This document shows positions 37,431 through 50,561 of a DNA stretch of 64,000 bases, in pieces. This stretch comes from Blasia pusilla (Eukaryota), in contig CM114271.1 in NCBI GenBank assembly GCA_050084515.1, forward strand, positions 40,362,001-40,426,000. Reading direction: 5' to 3'. Positions within the stretch are counted from its first letter, which is position 1. Each line of letters starts with the position of its first letter. A program made the position numbers and the translations under genes. The notes beneath the pieces were generated by a model. It was not told the DNA's origin. It saw only the letters and a list, made by a program, of their open reading frames with translations, and did not search any database.

Positions 37431-40400
37431 GTAGCATCGTATGAGATCGCAACAGATCACAGCGGTTGTGTTGGTGAGCCCCATGCCTACCGAGACGGTG
37501 GAGGCAGTGGCTGGGGGCGAGACCCGAGGAGATCTACGCACCAGGGGAGATTGGGAGAGACACCCTTGGACTTATTGGGATGTTTTGCAGGTAGGCCAGG
37601 AGATGATAGCCCCAACATCGAGCGTGGTTTCGAGCACTACACGTGGAGGAGATTAGAGTTTGCAGTCGGCTGTAGGAGAGCGACTGAGTGTTGTTGTTCA
37701 AGACGGGGTTGCACCATAGCAACCACCGATACCCACGCCGGAGAGTCCTACCGTAGTCACGATGGAGACTTGGGAGCCAGATATGGGCCCTAAGTTGACA
37801 GGAGGAGAGCGGCGCGAATACATCAGGTTCTCAGGAGTTATAGGAGCTGCTACATTAGGTCCTCAGGAGAACGCTGAAGAGACCGGGGATCCGCATTGAG
37901 TTGTCGAGTGATACGCCGATCTTGCGACGACCTTACAGGTATAGTGATATGGAGAGGGCTCTGATTTAGAGTAGGATCCAGGACTTGGTCAGAGCAGTAC
38001 TAGTGGAGATGTCGTATGGGGAGTATGCATCTGCCACTATCATGCCCACCAAGAAGGATGTGCATGGCAACTGGACGGATAGGCGGATGTGTGGGGATTA
38101 CCGACCTATCAATCGGCAGACAAAATCCAATAGGTGTGCCATGCCCACCCCTGAGGAGATCTTTGATGCGATTGGTCACGAAAAGGTCTTCAGTTCATTG
38201 GATTTGTGAGCCGGATACCATCAGCTGCCTATCTGATTGGAGGACAGGCAAAAGACGGCATTTTGGGGCATCGATCCTCACGGGAAGGATTGTTTGTACC
38301 AGTGGCGGTTCTTACCATTTGGGTTAAAGAACGCCACAGTTGAGTTTCAGAGGGTCATGGATAGGATCTTGGCTGGTCTGGATTTTGCTAGGTGTTATAT
38401 TGATGACATCGTAGACTTTAGCGCCACGGTTGAGGAGCATGAGCAACATCTACAAGAGGAGTTTCGACCATTGCAATTACATGGGCTGAAGCTACATCCA
38501 TGAAAGTGCAAGTTTTTCTACGACCAGATTAAGTACTTGGGTCATAAGATATACCCAGGGGGCCTTGGTGTTCAGTAGACGAAGGTAGAGGCTATCTCAT
38601 GCATTCCACGCCCTACAAATGTGAGCCGTGTTCGCGCATTCATGGGATTGGCGAACTTCTATCGGCGATACGTCAAGGGATTCACTTCGATTGCGAAGCC
38701 GCTCACCTTGCTGACCAAGGTGGATCACGAGTGGTAGTGGGGGGATGAGCAGGAGCGAGCATTTTAGTTGCTCAAGGACAGGTTGACGTCTGTGCCCACC
38801 TTGAGGAGACCGATCAGGGGGCGTCCTTTCCAGTTGCACACAGATTGGAGCATGTTGGGGCTTGGAGCGGTGCTCACCCAGCATGATGATAAGGGTAGAG
38901 AGTTCGTGGTGGCTTACGCTAGCCGCTCAAACAACGCTGCACAGGCAAAGTACAGCTCGTATGAGGGTGAGTGCTTGGCTGCGTGTGGGTTGTCGCGCAT
39001 TTCAGGTGTTACTTATTCGACAACCCCTTTACCATCATCACTGATCATCAACCACTGAAGTGGTTGATGTAGTCCGACAAGCTTACAAGGAAGCTTGCGA
39101 GATGGGCTGTGTTGTTGCAGGAGTATGATTTTCAAGTGGTACATAGACCTAGGATTGCTCAACCAAGATTGAGATGGGTTGAGTCGTAACCCATGCTTGA
39201 GTCAGCGAGATGCGACTGGAGCTCGATGGCATGGAGAGAGTGATGAGGAGTTGGTGCTAGGATGGCATGCGTGAGCCTATTTAGGCATGTTGGCTATGGA
39301 GAGCCAGAGTGTGGAGACTTCGATGGCAAGGTCTAGTGGAGAGTCCTTAGATCCCGAGGCCAGTGAGGAGACGACAATTGGCCGAGATATTCATGATGAT
39401 GGAGTAGTCTTGGAGTACCTTCGTACTGGCAACGTTGCGAGCACCGTGGATGCTAGAGAGCAGGATCAGATCCTACACCGGGCCAGACGGTTCCGTTGGG
39501 AGGGGACACATGTTTTGAGGGTTTGGGAGGATGGTAGAGTATGCGTAGTGCCTCATCCTTCGCAGAGAGCACGACTAGTGCAGCATGCCCACGAGGAGTT
39601 GGGTCACTTTGGGGTGAAGCGGACGTACAACTTGCTCCAGATTCAGTATTGGTGGCGAGGCATGCAAACTGACGTTCAGCAGTTTGTTGCGAGATGCATG
39701 ATGTGTGATCGGGTCCGAGCATCGTTCAATGCTTTGACTCCACAGTTGCATCCATTACCGATCATGGGCTTAGGGTATAGGTGGAGTTTGGATTTTGCAG
39801 GACCTTTTCCTTTCATGGAGCGTCACAGTCGTTATGTGTTGGTGATGGTCGAGCACTTCTCGAAGTGGATCGAGTTGGTTGCATTGCCTGACAAAGCAAG
39901 TGAGGGAGTAGCTTATGCCTTCCTTGACAAAGTGCTGAGTCATTATGGCGCAAAGAAATTGAGGTGTTGACAGACGGTACCGAGTTTCGGTGAGTTCTAG
40001 GCCTTGTGTGATGGCCGATCGACCACCGCGACGACCGCGAGATCATCCCAAGGCGGATGGATTAGCGGAGAGAGTTGTGCAGACGGTGAAGAGGGGTTTA
40101 CGCAAGTATGGCTTGCAAAGTGGTCACCTAGGAGATTGGGACCTTCAATTGCCCAGGTTGGCGATGGGATACAGATTCAGCAGGCAGGCATCCTTAGCAT
40201 CTTTTTCACCGTACTTGCTACTTTATGGCCGAGAGCCAGATTTACCTGCGGCCATTCGTCGAGATGATGGTGAGGTGCTGGACTTTGATGACCCATATGT
40301 ATGGATGCGAGCATGTTCTCAGAGGGCTGAGTTGTTTTGGAGAGTGATGCCCATAGCGTTCGAGAACTTGGCGATTGCGCAACATCAGGATACGTTGAGG

Positions 40401-43400
40401 TATGCGACTGTTCGGGCTGGTGGTTATCGACCAACTATCAGGATGTTTCATCAGGGAGATTATGTCTACTTGCAGCAGACGGCACCGACGACGTCGGATG
40501 TGACTGCAGGGCGCACTATCCTGAGAGTGCGTGACGTTTTGCCATCGTGACCCTCCATTGGTGGAGGGACGCGATGGTATGGTATGGAAGGACCATGTGC
40601 GTAATTGTGCGCCATGTCATCTTCCTAACATTGATGGTATAGTAGATCCGAGCTTAGCAGTAGTTCCTGCAGGCTTGCGTTGTATGTTGTGTGGTTCTAC
40701 CCGTGATGCGGCCACGATGCTAGTCTGTTAGACGAAAAATTACAAAGTTTATTTAGGGGATGGCAAATTGTAAAAATAGTCATCCAAAAATACTCACAAT
40801 CTCGCATCTTCCTGTTCCTTGATTTGGAATTTATTTTTGGATGGAATCATTAAGGAAAAATGGAACCATAAATGGAATTCATATTGTGAGTAGTCGTACA
40901 TCACCTGCAACACACTCACAAAATTGCGGGCAAATGAAAATGTAACTATGACTAACTTAATTGATAACTAAGATGCAGGTTTTCAAGTAGCTCATATTAT
41001 GCAATTAATTTCAATGAAAAATTTTTAAATTTGCCACAAATAAATTTGACCATGCTTGTAGTTTTTGGGTGGGAGTGGACTAGTTTATTTCATGCTTTTA
41101 AGACTCACTCGAACCAAAAATACACAAAAAAAAGTGTGGAAAAGTTTAAAATAAAAAAGTACTTTTTGTTGTATCATGGGGCATGGTTCTCGTCATGAGA
41201 ACATATTAAGACACTTGTTTCCCTTAGCATTAACAGTACCCAATCTAACATCAACAATAGAATCAATAATTAGAGATGTCAGTGAATTATAATTGTAGCA
41301 TACACCTATAATTTCAATAAATGAAGCGTATATTCATACGAGGAAAAATCACTTTATCAAATGATATTTAGATGATTAAAGATACCAAAAGCACATATTA
41401 GACTTTAGAAATCATGGTATGTGAATCAAATGTGTGTGAAAGTAAGTGGATGAATAAAGATGATAAATTCTAGTTTATCAATATTAATTTTGTAAATCGG
41501 GCTAGCAAAAGTATTTAAAACTCATTTTTGCCACAAACACATAAGGAACAAGTTTTGAAAAAAACCTATAATTAAGAAGTTCAAACAAGATCCCCTACTA
41601 GCACATGTCTACACCAAATTATTATCTTCTTCTGCTTGGATCTCATATCTTGTATGCCTCGTAAAAAATACATGTCAACTATTGCATGTCCTAAAATACG
41701 TTAGGACTTAAGAGGCGCTCCTCTTTCAATAGTTTGGATATTATTATTATTAATAAAATAAGATTACTAGAAATATTGGTCCTTTGTATTATTTTGTGCA
41801 TGAAATTCATTATTTTGGTTTATGGTTATGATCAAAAGCATAAGTTTGTACATAATTCTCCACGTAGTTGAATGCAAGTGTATGATGCTTCCCTATGAAT
41901 CTAGTCTTTTACGAGATTACCGAATTAGTATCTTATTCCTTCTCATTTATATCCTACTATCGGATTGAATTTGAAATAACCAAACTAGAGACAATTTACA
42001 AGAAACCTCAAATTCTCAACTTTGAAAGAGAACACAACATTGAATTAAAATAGGACGGGAGAATTGAGAAAAAGGGGCAATAAAAGAGCAGAGGAACTTC
42101 AAGGGTACTCTTGACAAGGGAACTTAGAAGGCAGGGAACCCCAAAAACATAACTTCACCCTAAACGGAAATACTACAAAGCATAGCTAAAGATCATGATT
42201 ACTAGCACGAATACTATCAAGCATAGCTAAAGAACATGATTAGTAGGGAGCCTCTAGGAATGTCATTCATTGCCCTAGGCTCTTTGCAAAGCAAGAGCTA
42301 CAATTTTGATACACTATGAAATGGATATAATTTACATAGACCATCTTAGTTTCCATTCACTCATATATTTTCCATTAAAAGATATTTTGGTCTCATGGAC
42401 CGAAATAGTAAAACACGACAATAATCATGTGTGGAAATTCATCGACTTCTTTAAAGGTAGGAATTACAGCATGTATGACTTATCCTTTATTATTAAATCC
42501 TCCCCTCCTTTATTTGATATTCTTTCTTTCTTAAAAGCACACGTTTTTTTTTTCTTTTCCGCCGAAATAAATATTTAAATAAAAGCCAACTTGACCAGGC
42601 AAGTCGTCGTTGAAAAAAGCCAACTTGACCAGACACGTGTCGCATGCGGAGTGGAGCTGAGCTCCGTCCGACAAAGTCTACCCCGCCCATAAAAACCAAT
42701 AAAAAATGGGGTGTTTTGGTGCCGCAGCTCCACTCCGCTCCGCAGCGAGTCACTCAGAAGTCCCGTTTGTGCTCTGGTAGATTCCCGATCAGACAGGGAG
42801 ACAGCCGTGACGCAAGGCCCGGGGAGAACCGGGGCTACGTGTTGACCTGGCCGGTTAAAATCGAGACTGGCCGTTTCTTTTCCCGACTCGCCGGTAAGGC
42901 CCGGGCCGAGAAGAAGTTCGTCTCGCAGTACTTCGCGGGTAATATTCGGCCGGAGCTTAGCGGAGTAAAGTCGGGAAATTAGCGGGGGTAGCGGAGTAAA
43001 GGCGGGGAAGTGTCCACGGAGGAGCGCCGTGAGACAGAGAATGAGGGGAATGAATGTACATTAAGGACAAAGTACGCACATTTGGACTTGAAGGCGGAGA
43101 AGAATACGGATGGCATTAACAACGGCGAGCGCTTGAATGCGGTGGGGGGCGCCGGCGACGACATTTGGATCGGGGACGAGGAATTCAAAGTCCATACAGT
43201 GAGTGGGGAAGGAGAGCGAAGTGCGTGCGTTTCGCCGTCCGTTTGACTGTTTCATCGCTCTCCGGATGACTGTGTGTACGTACGTACAGGAGCGGCGATG
43301 TCCGGGACAATCGCGGCCCTAAATCCCGATCATCTCCCGCAGTAACTCATCCGCTTCCGGATACCTCGTTCGTTCGAGCGCTCGCGGTGCTCCATATAGT

Positions 43401-44665
43401 TGGCGTGTCGCCTGTTTCTGGCAGTGGGAAACGGCGAAGAAGGGGGAGGGAGGGAGGGAGAGATCGGCCTCGCCATCATTCGGAGGGATCCCGAATCCCG
43501 ATTCCGCCCCTGCGTGCATCCGGAGCAACGAATATCGGCCTCGCCTGCCTCCGGAAGGACCCCGATTCCACCCCTCCGTGCATCCGAAGCAACAACGCCT
43601 TTCGCAAATAATCGAACGGCGAACGAGAAAGAAAGAAAGAGGATGGCGAAAAGGAGAGGATCTACGTGCGAGAGCCAGCGCTGTCCTGTTCTTGTCCCGG
43701 TGCCGGCTGAAAGAAGAAACGGGACATGAATAGATAACAGGAGTGAATTGGGAAAATCGAGTGAGCCACTCTGGAGCCTAGCGTACGCGAGAAAGCGAGA
43801 CAGAAACGAGAGGGGGAGGGAGCGAGGACGCGTGGGGCCCAGAGGAGAAAGAAGCGCGAGCTTGACCAGACCTGCGACGATCGCGGGAAGGTGAGTGGAA
43901 GCGTAGAACGAAACAGAGGAAGAGGCGGAGGACGAGGAGCAAGAAAAGGAATGTGGAGAGTGGGCCTGCGAACGGGCGCAGAGATGGCGGGGTCAAACTC
44001 AGAAGCACTCGCGGCACAGGGGATGGAGAGGAAGGGTTCTTGAGCGTGAGCGTGCGCGAGAGAGTGAGAGAGGAGAGGAGGGGGGAGAGGGTGAGAAAAT
44101 TCGCACTGACAGTGTTTTTGGTCGGGGGCAGAGAAATTTCGATTCTCACTCGTGCTGTGGGTGTCGGCGAATATGATTTCGTAGCGCAAGCAGCGTCCGG
44201 GGCACTCCTGCCGTGTGGTGAATGGGCTGAGCCTTAACCCGTGGACCCTGCCGCATTGACGACGTGCCGCTGTAATCGCTCCATGCGCCGATCCGTTCCT
44301 TCCTTCCTTCCATCATGGCGGAACGAGAAAGTAGACCCTACTCTCAGAGAGGTCGGGACCCTGGCCTTCAGGACGCTTCCACTGGTCGTCGTTGTTGCAA
44401 TCTATGGTAGAGGGTTCCCAGCGCTAATTTTATTTTGTGTCGCGTGCTGTCGCTCTTGTGATTGTTGGTTGGTTTGCGAAGTATCGAATCGGCGGACGCG
44501 AGTCCTGTAATCTCTAGCAGAATCTGCAGCTGCACGCATACGCCGTGGACATGGTGCCAGCCGGCTGGTTCCTCTTAGCTGTTGGGCTGAACGGGCAATT
44601 ATGGGCGGCCATGGGTTTAGATTGAAGGAACCAGGAACCTTTGGAGAAGGATAGATAGAGGCAGG

Positions 44666-47600
44666 ATGATGTTTCGTGGCGGTGTGGGCAATGTGGTGCT
44701 AGCACCCATCTCTGAGGTGCTAGCCAGGTTGCTGGTGCAGATAGCGAGGACTGTGCTGGCCGCCAAGGATGTGCTCATCGAGAGAGAGAGTTTCAATGAC
44801 CTCTCCAGTTATTTGGAGAGATTGAGGCCCATATTAGGTGAGCTCTCGGAGCGGAGCGTGGGCGATACTCCGTCCATGCGGCAAGCGCTGGACTCCATCG
44901 AGCAACACATGAAGGTGGCGGAAGAACTTATGACTAAATGTAGCAATAGAAGCCGATTCTATCTGCTGATGCAGTGCCGCTCCATCGTAAAACAGATTCA
45001 AGACGTGACGCGAGAATTGGGGCGGAGCATCAGTCTTCTGCCCATCGCCACCCTGGATGTATCAGTGCAAACTCGCTCCGATACAGAGGAGCTGATGAAA
45101 GCCATGGAACAGGCCCAGTTCCACGCCGCGGTCGCTGAGGAGGAGATCATCGACAAGATAGAAAGCGGGATTCGGGAGCGTCAAACTGACAGCGATTTCG
45201 CCAACGACCTACTCATGCGGATTGCCCTCGCAGTGGGAGTTTCGATCGAGCCCCAGGCCTTGAAGGAGGAGCTGGAGGAGTTCAGGAAGGAAAAGGAAGA
45301 AGCCCTCCTCCGCAAGAGCCAAGCCGAAGCGGTGCAGCTGGAGCAAATTATCGCCCTGCTCAGCCGTGCAGATGCTGCGACCACCACATCCGAGAAGAGC
45401 GATGTATATAAGAAGAAGAGGGGCCTGGGGGGTGGTGCAATGCTCCCGCCTCTGCACTCCTTCTACTGTCCGATAACGATGGATGTCATGGATGAACCCG
45501 TCGAGATAGAATCTGGGCAAACCTTCGAGCGTAGCGCAATTTTGACATGGTTTAAAGCGGGTAATCATAATTGTCCAATTACCAAGGCGGAGCTGGAAAG
45601 CCTGGATGTCAAGCTCAATCAAGCCCTGCGCCAGTCTATCCTGGAATGGAGGGAGAGGAATACCGCCATAAGCATCTCGGCCTTAGGACCCAAACTGCGC
45701 TACGGAGAGGACCAGGAAGTGACCGAGGCCCTGCAGGAGCTTTTCAGGTTGAGCGAAGAGAAGTCGCAGCACCGCTACTGGATAGCCACTGAAGGTCTCA
45801 TACCTGTTCTGTGTGATCTACTCAATACCGGTAAACGCAACATCCGCTCGAGCACTCTCGCAACGCTCCGCAGTCTATGCGTGCAGAACGACGATAACAA
45901 GGTACAATTTCTGGTGTGTTTGATAGATTTGGACTTGCCGAAGGATCTTCGAATTGCGCTTGTAATGTTTTGGTACCAAGTGGCGTTGGGTGACTGAACA
46001 GCAACCCCTGGTATTTGGGTGAGATCAGGAGGCGGTTTCCGACGCAGGCGCAATAACCATGGCTGTTAGATCACTCGCACGAGATGTGGGAGAGGGCAGA
46101 CAAGCAGTCGCCTTTCTGTTAGAGCTGTCCAAGAATCCCAAAATATGTGAGAAAATCGGGAAGGTGCAGGGCTGCATTCTGCTGTTGGTCACAATGCTCA
46201 ATAGTGGGAACCCGCACGCAGTAGAAGATGCCACTCAGCTGCTCGAAAACCTGTCAAATAACGACCAGAACGTGGTGCAAATGGCCGAAGCGAATCACTT
46301 CAAGCCATTAACCCAGCGATTGCAAGAAGGTAAATGCCTGAACTTCCACCTTCCATAAATCATTACAAGAAATGTCTCGTGAGGACGCAAAATCCACCCG
46401 GTCTGTTAACATGGAAGGACCCTGGGTTGCCAAATGTCACGAGAGAATCTGCAGAGTAAGCTGGAAATACGTCGTTATCCTCGCAATAGTTTGCATGTCT
46501 TCCTCCCGAACTGTTTAGGTCCATAACACACGCATGCCGCATCTGCACTCTACTGTCTTCAGATTTGTTTGGTTACTCCAGAGAGTTCTTTCAGTGGTAG
46601 ACCTAGTGTACACATCTCAAAGCTCAATATTATTCACCATCTCGTTACTTGCTTCAGTCCTGGACTGGATCAGAAGCGTCTCTTTCCATGCAAGCTTCAC
46701 GAGTTGAACCTTTTTCAGCTCGTCAAAATGCAAAAACTCAAAGAATACTTGACCGTCGAGATTGAACGTGACCAGAGAGTCCTCGAAGGTGTGGATATCA
46801 GCCGTTTGCCAGAGCTTCCCTGTGTCTTTAAGATGGTTTGTGTCCGGGTGTTTAGACTGTCAATACCAGCTCATGTTTGTAGTGTGCCTCCGTCTGGGGC
46901 CCCTGCATCGAACGCGTACGATTCTCATCCCAAGTACGAGTATTATAGACTCTGCACTTGGGGAACGAGGCGTTGGTCGGTTTGGTCCACGATTGTCATG
47001 TAGATCATGGTCCAGGCAGGAAGGCAGGGTCATGGAATCATTCCTGTTCACATGTTCCTCTGTTCCAATGCTTGATTTCTCTCGTAACCATCCATCCTTT
47101 TGCTAATCTCACTCTCAGCATTCCAGCCTTTAGTCGCATGTGACTGAGACCACCACAGCACCGAGAGAGCAAAAGATGGTCCTAAAGGTTCTCCATCAAA
47201 TGTGCGATGTTCCAACATCTTCAAATTGACGGGTATTGGGCTATGATTTAACAGGTGGTTCGCAGGTTTTCCTTCATCTTGCGGTCCCTGCTACTCAAGG
47301 ATTGTGTCGAGGCGTTATTTCCTTTCCTTGTCGTCAAAAAATCCATCTGTCTTGAGGTCGTCCACGAGTTGCCGGACACATGTTTCTAACACTTCTGCCG
47401 TAACGCCTGTGTGCCAGGATCCGACATGACCAAGATTTTGATGGCGAGTGCTTTGTCTAGAATGGGGCTTACAGATCAAGGGAAGGCTACACTCGCACGA
47501 GAAGGGGCGATCGATCCTCTCGTGAAGATGGTCACATCGGGAAAGCTGGAGGCCAAGAGGGCCGCACTGGGTGCTTTGGAGAACCTGTCGACTCTGGCCG

Positions 47601-48928
47601 ACAATAGGGAAACTATGATAAGCGCCGGAGTGATACCGCCTTTGTTACAACTTCTGTTCTCGGTCACATCCGTCATGATCATCTTGAAAGAGCACGCCGC
47701 AGCGACTCTAGCAAACCTCGCCAAGTCGAGCACGACAGCGGAGACGAAGATAGACTCGCACGGGAATATCTTGGAGTCGGAAGAGACCATCTATCAGCTA
47801 CTGTCGCTCTTGAATCTGGCAGGGCCGGTCATCCAGAGCCACTTACTCCGGGCGCTCCTGTGCATGTCACAACTGCCCTCCGCCGTATCAGTAAGAAATA
47901 AGCTGAGGGAAGGAGGAGCCATACAGCTGCTGCTGCCTTTCTGCGAGGCAGGGGACCCGGAAGTAAGGGTCAATGCTGTGAATCTGCTCTGGCGTCTGTC
48001 TGAAGACGGCCATGGGAAAGAGATGTCACAACATTTGGGGCATAATTACATACAGACGCTGGTAAAGCTCCTGAATGGCTCTGCTCGGGACGATGAGAAA
48101 GCGGCAGCTATGGGCATTATTGGGAACCTCCCTCACGCGGATTCCCACCTCACGGAGGTACTGCTCGAAGCGGAGGCGTTATCTGCCATTTGCAACCTTC
48201 TGACAGTAAAAATCACCCGCAGTTCCACGCACCCGGTGCGCAACCAATTGTTGGAAAACACCGTCCTAGCGCTGCTGCGATTCACGGGTTCACATGACGT
48301 GCAGCTGCTCAAGCTAGCGGCGGAGCTGGATGTGATTCCGAAGCTCGTGCAGGTGCTTCTGCAGGGAACTCCGCTGGGCAAACAGCGAGCAGCTCTTGCC
48401 CTGAGCCAGTTCTCGGAGAGGTCTAGAACTCTGAGCACGCCCATCCCTCGTCGCGGCTCGTGCCTCTTGTTTGATTGCGGTCGCTCCCTTCCCAGCCCGG
48501 GCTGCGTTGTTCACGGCGGGTTGTGTTCGGTGACAACATCCTTCTGTTTGGTCGAGGCCGACGCCGTCGTCCCGCTTGTGCAGACGCTCGAAGAAAGGGA
48601 GGATGGCGCAGCAGAAGCTGCTCTTGGGGCGCTGATCACTATTTTGCACGGCGAAAAGTGGGAGCGAGGTGCGCACGTTATCGCAGACGCCCAAGGGATA
48701 AGTCCCATCATTAGAGTCCTCACAGTGGGCAGTCCTGGGGCGAAGGAGAAAGCCGTTAGGATACTAGAGAGACTTTTCCGGATGGAGAAGTACCGATCGA
48801 TTTACGGCAGTGCCGCACAGATGCCTCTCATCGATCTCACTCAGAAAGGCTCCATCACAATGAAACCCGTAGCCGCACAAATCCTAGCGCACCTTAATGT
48901 CCTGCACCACCAATCTACATACTTCTAA
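44666..48928 (+). CDS. Plant U-box/ARM-repeat E3 ubiquitin ligase, SAUL1 (PUB43/44)-type; join(44666..45901, 46029..46329, 47418..48928), ~1015 aa
   Basis: U-box LPPLHSFYCPITMDVMDEPVEIESGQTFERSAI...CPIT, multiple ARM repeats, and the SAUL1-type C-terminal CVVHGGLCSVTTSFCLVEADAV. Both GT-AG introns keep the frame. Confidence 0.9.
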
Positions 48929-49844
48929 GATTTGTGATCCCATTGTAAAACTACCTTATTCACCGTGTGTACAATACCTATGTATGATAACGCCCGACCG
49001 TCCCTTTGTTCTCCTTGCTTCCTGTCTCTTCACCCGTACATCTGAGTCTGTCTGTACATCGGAGTTTTGTTCCGAGAAAAAGAAGTGCCGAATCCTATCA
49101 AGCGCAGCGGAGAAGATTTCGATTCCTTGTATGTACTCATCTCCGAACGGGGAGAGTCTATTCCTATTCTGCGCGATGTACGACAGGAATTATGCCACGA
49201 ACAGGACGAACTTGTGACATCATCCACGACACAGCCGTCCGCCACAGATCTTCTCTAAACGAGGGAAGAGTGGAACCAGATGAAGCGGCGAAATCTTTAG
49301 AATCGAGAGGCGAAAGCGATGCGAGAGAGCGCGAGGGAAAAGAAAGTATGTTGACGATCCCAAAACTTGCAGTCGTCGGTACCGACCAGACACGCATATG
49401 CATCCGTGTTAACTCTAGCGAACGAGTCAAACTTCAAACTTGTCCACTCTCACATCACGCAGTCTTCGAACCTGCAGAGGCAGGAGGACGAGCATCGGTA
49501 TCGACGGGAAGAAACGGCCTAACACGGAGGCTCTGTCGGACGGATGATCCGTGCTTCTTGATATGACATGATGTGGCAACTGGGCAGAAAAATATATCTG
49601 AATATGTGCGTACACACATGGTTAGTCCTTCGCTCTCGTGCACACTAAAGCATTCGTCCCCCGAGATCGCGCAGCCGACGGGAAAGTCTCCCCACCGCGC
49701 GGACGAACGTCCAACCCTTCCAAATCACACGAAACACCGATTCAGCCATGTGCGGCTGCACCGAAGCCCTCGCACTCCCTGCCAGCGATCATTACAACCG
49801 CGCCTCAATCAGCTCGCGAGGATTAGTGAGTCCAAATCCTCGCG

Positions 49845-50139
49845 AATCTGCAGCGGCTGTTTAGTTCAGCGCTGCCATTCCCAACCTCTTCCTGAAATCT
49901 GGAGCGACTCTGCGGTTTAGCGCTGCCATTGCTCCACCTCTTCCATGAAATCCGGAGCGACTCTGTGATTTAGCGCTGCCATCGCCCCACCTGTTCCATG
50001 AAATCTGGAGCGGCTCTGCGGTTTCGCGCTGCCATTCCTCCATCTCCTCCTGAATTCTGGAGCGGCTCTCTGGTTTTCCGCCGCCATTCCCTACCCATTC
50101 CTGAAATCTGGAGCGGCTTAGCGATTTAAAGCTCCCATT
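49845..50139. repeat. Minisatellite, about 5.5 imperfect copies of a ~52-bp unit
   Basis: GCGCTGCCAT...TGAAATCTGGAGCG(A/G)CTCTG recurs at ~51-53 bp spacing. Confidence 0.9.
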
Positions 50140-50561
50140 ACCGAATCCCTACTATTCCCGATTCGGTCACATCGGCACATGTAGGTACCACTTTCGGTCG
50201 ACGGCGTCGCAGTCTTTCCGTAAATAGTTCCGGTAGTTTAGTGATTGACGACTTGGTGCATCCAAATAGTTCGCACGGTCCTCGGCACTCGATCCGGAGG
50301 GTAGAGAAAGCACAATTTTCCTTATAGGGGTTATCGGAGTTCTATTCTTAGGTATCACATGATTAAAGCGAGCATCCCAACACGTGGCATGATCGAAAGG
50401 TTACTAAGTGCTATGAAATTCCAACGTTTAGTCCTCCCTTAACTAGTTTTGGATATAAATAATATTTCTAGTGTTTTGGACATGATCAAAAAGTTGTTAC
50501 ATGAGCTAAGTCTCCAAAATTGAGTCATGTTTTGAATTGTTTTCTTAACACGAATAAAAAT

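Larger units (their letters stand above)
32152..40728 (+). mobile_element. Methyltransferase-carrying Ty3/gypsy retrotransposon, copy 1 (degenerate, 3'-truncated within the PHD finger)
   Basis: The 5' end TGGAGATATTTTGG matches the post-PPT terminus of copy 2. Gag ~33780-35500 (ESLREAYTRL; CWSCGGPHHERNC; CDDCQRYGHTCARC). Protease LLDSGAQ ~36115. C5-MTase ~36835-37430. RT (DYRPIN, LPFGLKNA, YIDD) ~37900-38500. RNase H (LHTDWS, AYASR) ~38820-39190. Integrase (HEELGHFG, WSLDFAGP, DGLAER) ~39560-40500. PHD start CMLC at ~40681. Confidence 0.93.

Noticed and set aside
40729-42580. AT-rich block truncating copy 1 as a new insertion
   Set aside because: Begins with TGTTAG-like sequence, but no matching terminus or coding signature was found, so it is left unannotated.
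42644-44520. Many overlapping ORFs upstream of the U-box gene
   Set aside because: GC- and purine-rich promoter/5' UTR sequence readily yields ORFs; no domains recognised.
49845-50139. Regularly spaced repeats resembling a CRISPR array
   Set aside because: Whole units are similar, there are no unique spacers or cas genes, and the context is eukaryotic. It is a minisatellite.
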